Notes: generated by a model not told the origin, from the sequence alone. 64,000 bases of DNA from Candidatus Cloacimonadales bacterium (GCA_963665815.1 OY762463.1:1152001-1216000); one strand, 5' to 3'; positions 39,770 through 48,204 are shown, counted from the stretch's first letter. Translations and numbers: made by a program.

Positions 39770-39783
39770 CAGACTGTGTTGCA

Positions 39784-39815
39784 CCTGACGGCGCTCGAAA
39801 AGCTGCCTGACAAAT
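39784..39815 (+). repeat. repeat B, copy 1
   Basis: CCTGACGGCGCTCGAAAAGCTGCCTGACAAAT; 30/32 identical to 42330-42361. Confidence 0.85.
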
Positions 39816-39960
39816 CTCTTTTTACAGCAGAACTTGTGCAATTTAGTTAGACATAGCTGTCAGTATCTGTATTTCCTCTTTGTCACTTAAAGTCGTTATA
39901 GGCCTACATTAAGTCTTTTCAATTGCAAATTTGTGTAATCGTTCTATCTGTTGATAAAAG

Positions 39961-40097
39961 TAAATTTTCCCGTTAAGAAATCCTGAAGCCTTGGAAGGAT
40001 TTCAGGGGAGATTTATGGTTCCAGCTTGCTGGAAATACATTTTGATAAAGAGTGCCTTTCTTTTGCTTCGTTTTCTTTGGCACCAAAGAAAATGAAG
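39961..40097 (+). repeat. 137-bp palindrome-rich MITE/REP-like element C, copy 1
   Basis: Its reverse complement matches 42426-42562 at 124/137 by manual alignment; internal hairpins TTCCAGC..GCTGGAA and TTTTCTTTGG..CCAAAGAAAA. Confidence 0.9.
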
Positions 40098-40142
40098 AAA
40101 CAAATATCAGGAGTTAAAAATATAAAATGGATTGAAAGATGT

Positions 40143-40236
40143 AGAAAACAGTTGACTTATTGAGCATAATTCATTCAATCAGGTATTGATACTAAAATCC
40201 ATGTAATCTGTGAGGACTGATGAAATTTCGCATTTT
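40143..40236 (+). repeat. duplicated promoter/RBS/start module, copy 2
   Basis: Near-identical to 36330-36424. Confidence 0.9.
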
Positions 40237-41173
40237 TATTATTCTCCTTCTCTGCCTGCTGCTATTTGCCTGTACAGAGAAGAAACAAAATCCAACATTG
40301 GATGTTAAACAAATCAGTTTATTCAAAGTACCCGAACTGTATAAATCCCCGGTTGTATGTGCTGCTAATAATAAAATAGTATTCACTGACGCTGAGGATG
40401 GGGTTATTTATGTTTATAATTATGCTGGAGAGAAACTTAAATCCTTTGGCAATAAAGGACAGGGTCCCGGTGAATTTCAAGGGGTATATCATATAGTCTA
40501 TCAGGAGAATCAGAATCTATGGTACTTTTACGATCTATACCATTGGAAAATCCATGTTTATTCTGATACTTTCGATTACATCAAATCTGAGAAAACATCT
40601 TCTATAATTGCAGGAATGAAACCGTGGAAAGATAATGTTCTTATACAAGTAAGAATTCCGGTAAGTGTCGATGGATCACGAATTTTTGACGACAGGATAA
40701 AAGTGTTCAACCCAAAAGGTGAAGAAAAGACTATCAGGAACAAGCTGCTGAAATCAATAACAGATGTTGAGTTTATGCTAGAATACGGCTTGATGTTTGA
40801 TACGAATTCCAACAAGCTGTTTGTTCTGGATAAACAGCAGAATACTTTCTCCGTAGAAGAGTACACAGACGAGAACACAAAAATCAAATGGGAAATGGAA
40901 GACAACATAACTGTAATAGATAATGCGAAAATATCGGGTATCTATGCAGGAAAAGACTTTATCATTATAAAAAGGCTTAAACCTGAAGATGAGGAAGATA
41001 CATACTATACTTATTATGAGTTCTATGATTTCAATCAGCACTATCTGGGTAAGCTAATACTGAATAATAAAAATGAGTACATAATAGATGTGTACGAGAG
41101 CAAACTGATTAAACTTGTGAAAGACGAAAATGGTGACTACTCATGCAGTATTCTGGAGGTAAAGTTATTGTGA
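40220..41173 (+). CDS. 6-bladed beta-propeller lipoprotein 4
   Basis: Lipobox LFAC; IYVYNYAG..FGNKGQGPGEF. Confidence 0.8.
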   Translation: MKFRIFIILLLCLLLFACTEKKQNPTLDVKQISLFKVPELYKSPVVCAANNKIVFTDAEDGVIYVYNYAGEKLKSFGNKGQGPGEFQGVYHIVYQENQNLWYFYDLYHWKIHVYSDTFDYIKSEKTSSIIAGMKPWKDNVLIQVRIPVSVDGSRIFDDRIKVFNPKGEEKTIRNKLLKSITDVEFMLEYGLMFDTNSNKLFVLDKQQNTFSVEEYTDENTKIKWEMEDNITVIDNAKISGIYAGKDFIIIKRLKPEDEEDTYYTYYEFYDFNQHYLGKLILNNKNEYIIDVYESKLIKLVKDENGDYSCSILEVKLL

Positions 41174-42111
41174 CAGTAGTAAGAAACTTCGCATTCATTT
41201 TTATTTTAATGTTCGTAATTTCCGGCTGTTCAGATAGACGTAATTCTGATGGAAAGCTATCTATTTTGCCAGTTATCAGCTTTGAGATAGAAGGAGCAGG
41301 CAGTTCTCCAATTGTACATGCATCAAAAGATTATATTTTCATCAGTGATATGCTTGATGGAATTGTAAATGTATATAACTATGAGGGAAATAAAATCAAA
41401 ACCTTTGGCAGTAAAGGAAAAGGACCGGGTGAGTTTTTGTCAGTATCGATGTTATGCCGGTTAGAACCATTAGATGAATTAGTAATATATGATGTTTACC
41501 AGAAGAGACTTTCATTCTTCAATAAAGAGTTTGAACTCAGCAATACCGTAAATATTCAGGAATACCTTTTGAGTATACAGCCACTTCAGAACAATTTACT
41601 TTATGTTACCAGAAAACCTGCAGAAAATGGAATGATGAGTGGTTTCAACGATTTAGTAACTATGAAAAATATTAGTTCTGATGAAAAAATCATAACTAAG
41701 AAATTTCTGCCTGCTTCTGATGATGTTTTAACTTATGTGGACAAAGGTCTGCTGATTGATACAAACTCAGAGAATTTGTTCGTTCTGAATAGAGGCGATG
41801 ATTTCGTAATTGAGCAGTATGTTAACGGAACAAACAAGAAAATCTGGAAATTGAATAAAGAAAAAATAAACATTGAGTTCACAAAACTAAATTCTATTCA
41901 TTGTGGTAGTAATTTCATCATTTTGAATTTGGTAAAGGCAGATAACTCTATGAACTATGCATTCTTTGATTTCGACGAACAATTTCTGGGAGAACTCAAC
42001 ATGAATACAGAAAATGAGTATATTATTGATGTACACAAAAACAAACTTATTAAGCTTGTAACTGATGAAAATGGTGATTACATCTGTAGTATTATGGAGG
42101 TAAAGTTTTAA
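41170..42111 (+). CDS. 6-bladed beta-propeller lipoprotein 5
   Basis: GTG start overlapping the upstream TGA, GGAGG RBS; lipobox ISGC; FGSKGKGPGEF. Confidence 0.8.
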   Translation: MTVVRNFAFIFILMFVISGCSDRRNSDGKLSILPVISFEIEGAGSSPIVHASKDYIFISDMLDGIVNVYNYEGNKIKTFGSKGKGPGEFLSVSMLCRLEPLDELVIYDVYQKRLSFFNKEFELSNTVNIQEYLLSIQPLQNNLLYVTRKPAENGMMSGFNDLVTMKNISSDEKIITKKFLPASDDVLTYVDKGLLIDTNSENLFVLNRGDDFVIEQYVNGTNKKIWKLNKEKINIEFTKLNSIHCGSNFIILNLVKADNSMNYAFFDFDEQFLGELNMNTENEYIIDVHKNKLIKLVTDENGDYICSIMEVKF

Positions 42112-42147
42112 GTCACAGCACTCCTGGAATGACTGGCAACTTTTTTA

Positions 42148-42222
42148 CCTTTTGACTCAGCTCAACCGACTTAAAGTATTGATAGATATTGATATGATCG
42201 TTCCCTGAGCGGAGTCGAAGGG
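42148..42222 (+). repeat. REP-like element A, copy 3 (REP doublet with terminal inverted repeats)
   Basis: CCTTTTGACTCAGCTCA ... TGAGCGGAGTCGAAGG imperfect inverted ends. Confidence 0.85.
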
Positions 42223-42329
42223 GAATCAGTTTTAAGTGAATGAAGCGACAAAAATCACTTATTTACTCAGTTTGTCAGAAATCACAGCAACAAACCAGCT
42301 TACTTCTCACTTTTAATTTACAGGTCGCT

Positions 42330-42361
42330 CCTGACGGAGCTCGAAGAGCTGCCTGACAAAT
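42330..42361 (+). repeat. repeat B, copy 2
   Basis: CCTGACGGAGCTCGAAGAGCTGCCTGACAAAT. Confidence 0.85.
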
Positions 42362-42425
42362 TTCATCGAAATCCGTGTATAAATACTTAATTCACCGCAG
42401 ATAAATTAAGATAAATATAATATTC

Positions 42426-42562
42426 CTTCATTTTCTTTGATGCCAAAGAAAACGAAGCAAAAGAAAAGCACTCTTTTTTTAGATGTATTTCCAGCATGCT
42501 GGAACCATGAATATCCCCTGAAATCCTTCCAAGGGTTCTGGATTTCTTAACGAGGAAATTTA
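42426..42562 (-). repeat. element C, copy 2 (inverted)
   Basis: About 90% identical to the reverse complement of 39961-40097. Confidence 0.9.
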
Positions 42563-42615
42563 TTATACAAGTAAAAGAGAGAAAATACAGGTCATGATCT
42601 CTACATTATCCCCCC

Positions 42616-42653
42616 AAAAAAAGCTCTGCCTGACCGAACAGTCAGGCAAAGCT
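42616..42653 (-). terminator. rho-independent terminator of the ABC operon
   Basis: Minus strand AGCTTTGCCTGAC-loop-GTCAGGCAGAGCT followed by a T run. Confidence 0.8.
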
Positions 42654-42670
42654 CTATCAAACATCAACTG

Positions 42671-44071
42671 CTACCTTACGTCATATTTTCTCAAGACAAA
42701 CAGACTTGTGGCAAAAATCAGCAGATTGTATAGAATCAGCAAAGCGAAGGGGCTCACAGCATGCTCTATTCTATCTGCAACAGTAGACTCTGCATATTCA
42801 GAACTAACGAGTTTTTCAGGATGTTCAAAAGCTGCGGTTGTGAATGTATTCCTTCCATCACTCCATGCCCAGTTATAGAATTGATGCAGACTGTTCTCAT
42901 CTTCTTCATCCTGTTTCTTAGCTAGTTCTGACACCTCATCAAGTTTATTGTAAAACTGTTTTTTCTCATTCCTGTATCTAAGGAATCCTATATCAAGGAT
43001 TGAGTTACCGATCCTCCTGAGAAGTTCATAAGGAGACAAAATGGAAAGTTTTAATATCGTTTTCGTCTGGGCTTCAGCATCTCTCAGATACTTTTCCCAC
43101 TCTGCCATTTTCAGAGCATTGGCAGCTTTGACAGCTCCGGATCTCAAACCCTTTTCAACATACATATTACCGGCAACATAGTGCTCATTCTTCTCTTTAT
43201 CATCGTACTTATCACTCCAACGATTAAACTCAGCATTAAAAGCTTCATTCATACGAGTCAAGTATGCTCCAATTGCATCAACTCTGGTTAACTGATTACC
43301 AACAAGTATCGCAGTCTTTGGTATTATCACAATAAACAACAGCCAGCAGACCAAAGCCTTAACAACTGCCGAGTTAGCATTCTTTGCCATGGATATAAGT
43401 ATCCCAAGCAGTATAAAAAAGCTTATATAAATTATTGAGACAAGGCTCCATACGAGTGACTCTAAGATCAGAGAGCCGTTAATCCCTTTATTGAGAAATG
43501 TCCAGATAATAAGTGATAGAACCTGTCCCGCTAGTATTGTAACAAAAAACAGACTGAGAAGACTTGCATACTTAGACACAAGTATCTTATAGCGTGAGTA
43601 TCCTGATATAATCAGCAATCTCAGTGTAGAATTCTGTTTTTCCTCCGATATAACATTATAACTGAAAATGAGAGCTGAAAAACTGCACAAGAAGCCAATA
43701 ATGAAGAACCAGTTGATCCTCTGTTTATAGTCATCATAATTGTGAACAGCTTCTACCTGACGATAAGTAAGTCCACTGGAAAAACCTACAGGATACGATT
43801 CATCTCTCTGAATCACCATAGAGCTCAATGGCTTTCTCATGTAAGTCACTTTTGCATTTGCAATCATCCATGACAAATTTCCCGAACGCTCCGAAGCGCT
43901 ATTCTGAAGAATTTTATACTTGTTATTGTATTTATCAAGATCATCCCTGTACTTGATTGAATTGGAGAAAGCTCCTACAACAAACAGGACTATCAGGATT
44001 GAAAAGAATATCTGAAATTTCAGTTCTTTTACCAGCAGTAAACAGTCTTTTTTGTATAAATTATAAAACAT
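42671..44071 (-). CDS. ABC-2 type transporter permease with large extracytoplasmic loops
   Basis: YNVISEEKQNSTLRLL...SR.KILVSK EAA-like motif; about 6 TM. Confidence 0.88.
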   Translation of the reverse strand: MFYNLYKKDCLLLVKELKFQIFFSILIVLFVVGAFSNSIKYRDDLDKYNNKYKILQNSASERSGNLSWMIANAKVTYMRKPLSSMVIQRDESYPVGFSSGLTYRQVEAVHNYDDYKQRINWFFIIGFLCSFSALIFSYNVISEEKQNSTLRLLIISGYSRYKILVSKYASLLSLFFVTILAGQVLSLIIWTFLNKGINGSLILESLVWSLVSIIYISFFILLGILISMAKNANSAVVKALVCWLLFIVIIPKTAILVGNQLTRVDAIGAYLTRMNEAFNAEFNRWSDKYDDKEKNEHYVAGNMYVEKGLRSGAVKAANALKMAEWEKYLRDAEAQTKTILKLSILSPYELLRRIGNSILDIGFLRYRNEKKQFYNKLDEVSELAKKQDEEDENSLHQFYNWAWSDGRNTFTTAAFEHPEKLVSSEYAESTVADRIEHAVSPFALLILYNLLIFATSLFVLRKYDVR

Positions 44072-44082
44072 CTTTCTTCCCC

Positions 44083-45669
44083 CTATCTGATATCAAACTT
44101 GTACATCAGGTAATAACAGACAATAAGCAGCACGATTATAATCATCAGGAACTGCAGCAAAATTCTGAACGTCCTGCTCAATGATTTGCCTGCACTTAAG
44201 CCTTTAAACTCATACTTAGGCAGGTCAGGGAACTTGAAGTCAAATCTTTCCAATGAGTTAAAATGTGCCAGGCAAACATCTGAATACTCTTGCTGAAGTC
44301 GAGACTTATCTTCCTGTGTCATCTCATGCCCAAGTTTTTTGATGAACTCAGCAGCAAACTCGTTCACATCATAACATACTTCCCCCGGTTCCATCATTGC
44401 ATAATACTCATCACTGTACAACCAGTTATTCTTGATTGCCAAATCAATAAGTCTGTTCCTGAGAGAAACTCCATCCCGCATAAAGTTGATCATATCATCG
44501 ATATCATATCCGGAGTTTTTCTGTGCTGCATCTTCAAAAAGAGCAATTGGTGATGCAAACAAATATAAAGATTTACTTCTCTCCTGCTTTTCCATCAACA
44601 AGAACAATTCCTGCTGTATGTTCTCCATTTTCTGCATCAGAGGATAATAGTCTTCATAAAACACTTTAACTCTGAGTGTCCTGTAATCTAAAACACTGCG
44701 AGTTGTGTACAGGATTGTATTTGTCAACCCTCTCCAACCATTCGAGTTATTATACCAATAAAAGAAGTCTCTTGGTTTATCCTGTAGCCGTTCAGAGCGA
44801 TCGAAATTATCAATTTCTTTCTGAAGCTCTCCAATTTCTTCTCTCATAGCTCTTTGCTGCTTCATTCCGTTTATTTTGTTTGAGAAAAATGAATACCCAA
44901 CAGGTACAAGCACTAACAGGAAAATCCAGATTGCCAGTACCAGAACAAGCGATTTTGCTGTTCTTTTGAAAACAAGTGAGCAAATCGTTCCAATCAAAGC
45001 AAAACATAAAACAAACAGGAATGCAAAAAGCAGATAGTTGACAAGACTAACATAAAAGTATGATGTAATATAGCTTGAATGTTTTATCACCAAATAAAGC
45101 ACACTTAACAGAGTAGGCACCAGTAATACCGTAAATGCGAACAGTGATATTGTCAGAATCTTTACAATCAGAAAGGTGAATTTCTGCACAGGATATGTGA
45201 ACATAAGCCTCAGAGTGCCGTTTTCTTTCTCTCCGTTAATTGTATCGAAGGCTATCAGCAGCACAAACAGTGACAGAAAAAAGGTTATCAGGAATGTTAC
45301 ATCCATATCAAACTTTGTGGGATGAACAGGATTGATTGTCTGTGAAAATGCTGAAGGTCTGGTTATTGATTCAAACATTCTGACTTCAATAATATTTCCG
45401 TATTTATGAGTAATTCCCTCATGAAAGACACTGAACAATTGCGGTGGAATTACAGCCGGTATCATCAGGTAACTATAGTTCTGAGATCTTCCAATTTCCT
45501 TCTGCAACATCTCATTATCATTTATATACTGCTGCTGTCGCTGATTGAACTCACTTAGACGCAGAGAGAATGTAACTCCAAACAGCACCATGAAAATACA
45601 AATCGACCAGATTACTCTATTACTCCTCAGAAGCCTTTTGTACTCGTGTTTTACCAATAGACTGAACAT
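44083..45669 (-). CDS. ABC-2 type transporter permease with large extracytoplasmic loops
   Basis: FDTINGEKENGTLRLMF..PV motif; about 6 TM. Confidence 0.88.
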   Translation of the reverse strand: MFSLLVKHEYKRLLRSNRVIWSICIFMVLFGVTFSLRLSEFNQRQQQYINDNEMLQKEIGRSQNYSYLMIPAVIPPQLFSVFHEGITHKYGNIIEVRMFESITRPSAFSQTINPVHPTKFDMDVTFLITFFLSLFVLLIAFDTINGEKENGTLRLMFTYPVQKFTFLIVKILTISLFAFTVLLVPTLLSVLYLVIKHSSYITSYFYVSLVNYLLFAFLFVLCFALIGTICSLVFKRTAKSLVLVLAIWIFLLVLVPVGYSFFSNKINGMKQQRAMREEIGELQKEIDNFDRSERLQDKPRDFFYWYNNSNGWRGLTNTILYTTRSVLDYRTLRVKVFYEDYYPLMQKMENIQQELFLLMEKQERSKSLYLFASPIALFEDAAQKNSGYDIDDMINFMRDGVSLRNRLIDLAIKNNWLYSDEYYAMMEPGEVCYDVNEFAAEFIKKLGHEMTQEDKSRLQQEYSDVCLAHFNSLERFDFKFPDLPKYEFKGLSAGKSLSRTFRILLQFLMIIIVLLIVCYYLMYKFDIR

Positions 45670-45678
45670 AGCCTCTCC

Positions 45679-46416
45679 TTAATCTGCTTCAACAGATAAT
45701 GAGTTTTCTATTCTGCCTTCCATATAGTCTATATACAGATTTTCCAGATTTTCAAACTCGAATTCATCACGTCTTCTTGAAAGCACAAGTTCACCATCCT
45801 TCATAATACCTATCTGGTCAGCCAGTTCTTTAGCTCTGAATATGTTATGAGTAGACATCAGAACAGCTTTACCGTCTTTCTTCATTCTCAAGACCAGATC
45901 CTGAAAATCCTTTGCGGCTTTTGGATCGAGACCGGAAAAAGGTTCATCCATAAGAATAATATCAGCATCCTTAACAATTGCTATAGCAATACCTGTCTTC
46001 TGTCTCATACCCTTGGAGTAATAGCTGACCGGTTTGTTGATAAAGCTCTCCTGTAGTCCGATATCCCTGAGGATATTCTCAAGCTCGGTTCTTGATCTGC
46101 TTGTTTTGCTTAGATTAGAAAAGAACTTAAGATTTTCATATCCTGTAAAATTCTCATATAATCTGACATTCTCAGAAATATATGCAATATCATTCTTTGC
46201 TTCTCTGGAGTCCTGCACAGAGTCTTTTCCATTAATGATGATTGTTCCCTCGGTAGGTTTTATAAAACCGCAGATAAGGTTTATTGTTGTTGATTTACCT
46301 GCCCCATTCGCCCCGAGAAGCACGTAAATTTCGCCACTTTCAACGTTAAAACTGATGTGATCCAATGCGATCTTCTTGTCTTCATACCTCTTTGTTAAAT
46401 CCTTAATCTTTAACAT
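45679..46416 (-). CDS. ABC transporter ATP-binding protein
   Basis: GANGAGKST, YSKGMRQK, LMDEPFSGLDP, MSTH. Confidence 0.95.
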   Translation of the reverse strand: MLKIKDLTKRYEDKKIALDHISFNVESGEIYVLLGANGAGKSTTINLICGFIKPTEGTIIINGKDSVQDSREAKNDIAYISENVRLYENFTGYENLKFFSNLSKTSRSRTELENILRDIGLQESFINKPVSYYSKGMRQKTGIAIAIVKDADIILMDEPFSGLDPKAAKDFQDLVLRMKKDGKAVLMSTHNIFRAKELADQIGIMKDGELVLSRRRDEFEFENLENLYIDYMEGRIENSLSVEAD

Positions 46417-46425
46417 TCTTCCTCC

Positions 46426-47850
46426 TTAATTTCGTGATAACTTCACCATGAAGTATATCAGCATTCCAAGTATTGTTATTGCCGCGAGAATCAGAATTAT
46501 ATTAAGCCAGATGTTGGACTTGTTCAAAATCTCCATTTTCAGTTCCTTATCTGACGTGAATATACTTTTACTAATATCTTTGCCCTTTGCTTTAATCCTT
46601 ACCTGATATATTCCCTGGAGTGATTTCTTATCAGGGATTATGTTGAATTTAAGCTTTTGCTCCTGCTCAGGTCCCAGCTTATCAATAAACTCAGGTTCAA
46701 TCACCTTTTCCCACCCTGATGGCATGAGCACCTCAAATGTCACATCCTTAATCACTTTCTTACCTGTATTCTTGATGCTGAATTGAGAGATTTCGAACTC
46801 TTTACCCTTTTCCTGCACAAAATACATATTGTCCAATGACAGCTCCATCTCGGCTTTGCCCACAGGAATAATCTGCAATTCACTTGATCCTGTCTCCTTG
46901 TTTTCCGAACTTAGAACATTTACACTAAACACCAGTGCTTCGTTAAACACAGATTCATCTAATTTTTCTGGAACAGATATACTTAGAGCTACATTATGAA
47001 CAGGTTCCTGAGCAGACATTGCCAGTGTTGAGATCGCAGCATTGTTCTTAGCATTAATAAAGTTGAAAGAGTAAGTTCCCGGTAGTCCTGCACAATTTAG
47101 TTTATACACCTCTCTTGAAGCTCCGAAATACTCAATTCTCAGATTGTAGATTGCTGATGCTGCAGTTTCAACTTCCTGGGAAAACACATTAGAGGTAATA
47201 ACAACAGAATGCTCCGCTGTTTTTCTCTTCAGCCACACCCTTTTCTCATCAACCTTACCTGCGTAAACTGCAGATACTGTTACAGCCTGAACATCCTTTA
47301 GCACAGAAAAATCTATTGTGTAACTTTTACCGGACAGCATTTCAGGGATATGATATTCGTAGGGTTGAGATATAATGTTCCCGGACTCATCCTTGAGCGA
47401 TACATACACATTGTATAGACTTTCAGGTCTCAGCTTCATATCTTTGAGAGTACTGATCAAATCATCTTCAAGAGCGTAAGAACCGGCTGAATTATTCCTT
47501 ATTTCCATCACAACTTTGTAACGACCTGTTTCATCTTTATATTTCTCTGCTTTCACGACAGTTATGTATGGATTTTCAAAGATTACTCCCAGCATATACT
47601 GCTGAAAATTCAGTTCATCATTCTCATACTGCAGCTTGATGTTCTCAAACTCATCTTGAGAGATGTACTTCTTCTCAAATAACTTTTGAGCTCGATTAAA
47701 TTCCTGCTCTGACTGCTCAAGCCTTTTCTTAGCTTTCTGTAATGCCAGAATACGGAACCTATCATCATTGGGATTATACTCCTGATAAGTAATTCCACTT
47801 ATGATGGACATTATTATTAAATTGATCATTAATAAAATTATTTTCTTCAT
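46426..47850 (-). CDS. NEW3/Ig-like domain membrane-anchored protein with an N-terminal coiled-coil hairpin
   Basis: Signal peptide; AKKRLEQSEQEFNRAQKLFEKKYISQDEF (resembles membrane-fusion-protein hairpins); IKNTG...PSGW..EP..I.KLGP...GIY (NEW3-like); C-terminal TM. Confidence 0.75.
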   Translation of the reverse strand: MKKIILLMINLIIMSIISGITYQEYNPNDDRFRILALQKAKKRLEQSEQEFNRAQKLFEKKYISQDEFENIKLQYENDELNFQQYMLGVIFENPYITVVKAEKYKDETGRYKVVMEIRNNSAGSYALEDDLISTLKDMKLRPESLYNVYVSLKDESGNIISQPYEYHIPEMLSGKSYTIDFSVLKDVQAVTVSAVYAGKVDEKRVWLKRKTAEHSVVITSNVFSQEVETAASAIYNLRIEYFGASREVYKLNCAGLPGTYSFNFINAKNNAAISTLAMSAQEPVHNVALSISVPEKLDESVFNEALVFSVNVLSSENKETGSSELQIIPVGKAEMELSLDNMYFVQEKGKEFEISQFSIKNTGKKVIKDVTFEVLMPSGWEKVIEPEFIDKLGPEQEQKLKFNIIPDKKSLQGIYQVRIKAKGKDISKSIFTSDKELKMEILNKSNIWLNIILILAAITILGMLIYFMVKLSRN

Positions 47851-47870
47851 TATATCTCCACCATTGATAT

Positions 47871-47887
47871 TGCATGCTGAGTGCCAA
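47871..47887 (-). promoter_or_regulatory. sigma54 -24/-12 promoter of the NEW3-ABC operon
   Basis: TTGGCACTCAGCATGCA = TGGCAC-N5-(A)TGCA with exact GG-N10-GC spacing, 20 nt upstream of the ATG. Confidence 0.75.
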
Positions 47888-47971
47888 AACATTTTTATTG
47901 TGTATTATGCGGAAAATAGAGGGTTTATAGTTAAGTTATAGCTCAGAGAAGAAATAGATACATTCCAAAAT

Positions 47972-47986
47972 TGTAGATATCTGACA
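47972..47986. promoter_or_regulatory. possible enhancer-binding-protein upstream activating sequence
   Basis: Imperfect palindrome TGTAGATATCTGACA, 85-100 bp upstream of the sigma54 box. Confidence 0.35.
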
Positions 47987-48023
47987 AAAAAGTAATTTTT
48001 ACACTGTCTGAACAGTTTTATGC

Positions 48024-48052
48024 TTGACTTTTTTTTATAAAATCTTCATATT
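48024..48052 (+). promoter_or_regulatory. putative sigma70 promoter
   Basis: TTGACT-N17-CATATT. Confidence 0.6.
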
Positions 48053-48059
48053 GAATCTT

Positions 48060-48204
48060 GTTAAATGACTTTATGTAGTATGTAAGGTTTGCAATGAGTT
48101 TATTGCACTTTTGAAGTATTGGGCGTACTTCATTAACACTCCGCAAAAGGTTAATAATACATTATATAAAGTCTGGCTGTTGAATTTCAACAGCCTTTTT
48201 TTTT
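48060..48204 (+). ncRNA. candidate structured small RNA (four-way junction plus terminator)
   Basis: P1 48067-48079/48161-48173 encloses three hairpins; bounded by the promoter and the terminator; no ORF in the track. Confidence 0.55.
48175..48204 (+). terminator. rho-independent terminator
   Basis: GGCTGTTGAA-t-TTCAACAGCC followed by T9. Confidence 0.85.

Noticed and set aside
39606-40200. RiPP precursor peptides near the propeller/ABC genes
   Set aside because: The short ORF I checked (39612 onward) lacks an RBS or leader motif, and no modifying enzyme or peptidase-containing transporter is present.
36407-42111. Diversity-generating retroelement acting on the propellers
   Set aside because: No reverse transcriptase and no template/variable repeat pair with adenine-specific mismatches.
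39700-42562. Repeats as a CRISPR array or integron attC sites
   Set aside because: Only 2-3 copies each, irregular spacing, mixed orientation, not placed between every gene, and no cas or integrase gene.
48060-48175. tRNA, SRP or 6S RNA
   Set aside because: Cloverleaf-like, but the stem lengths are wrong, there is no T-loop TTC or CCA end, no SRP domain IV motif, and it is too short and branched for 6S.
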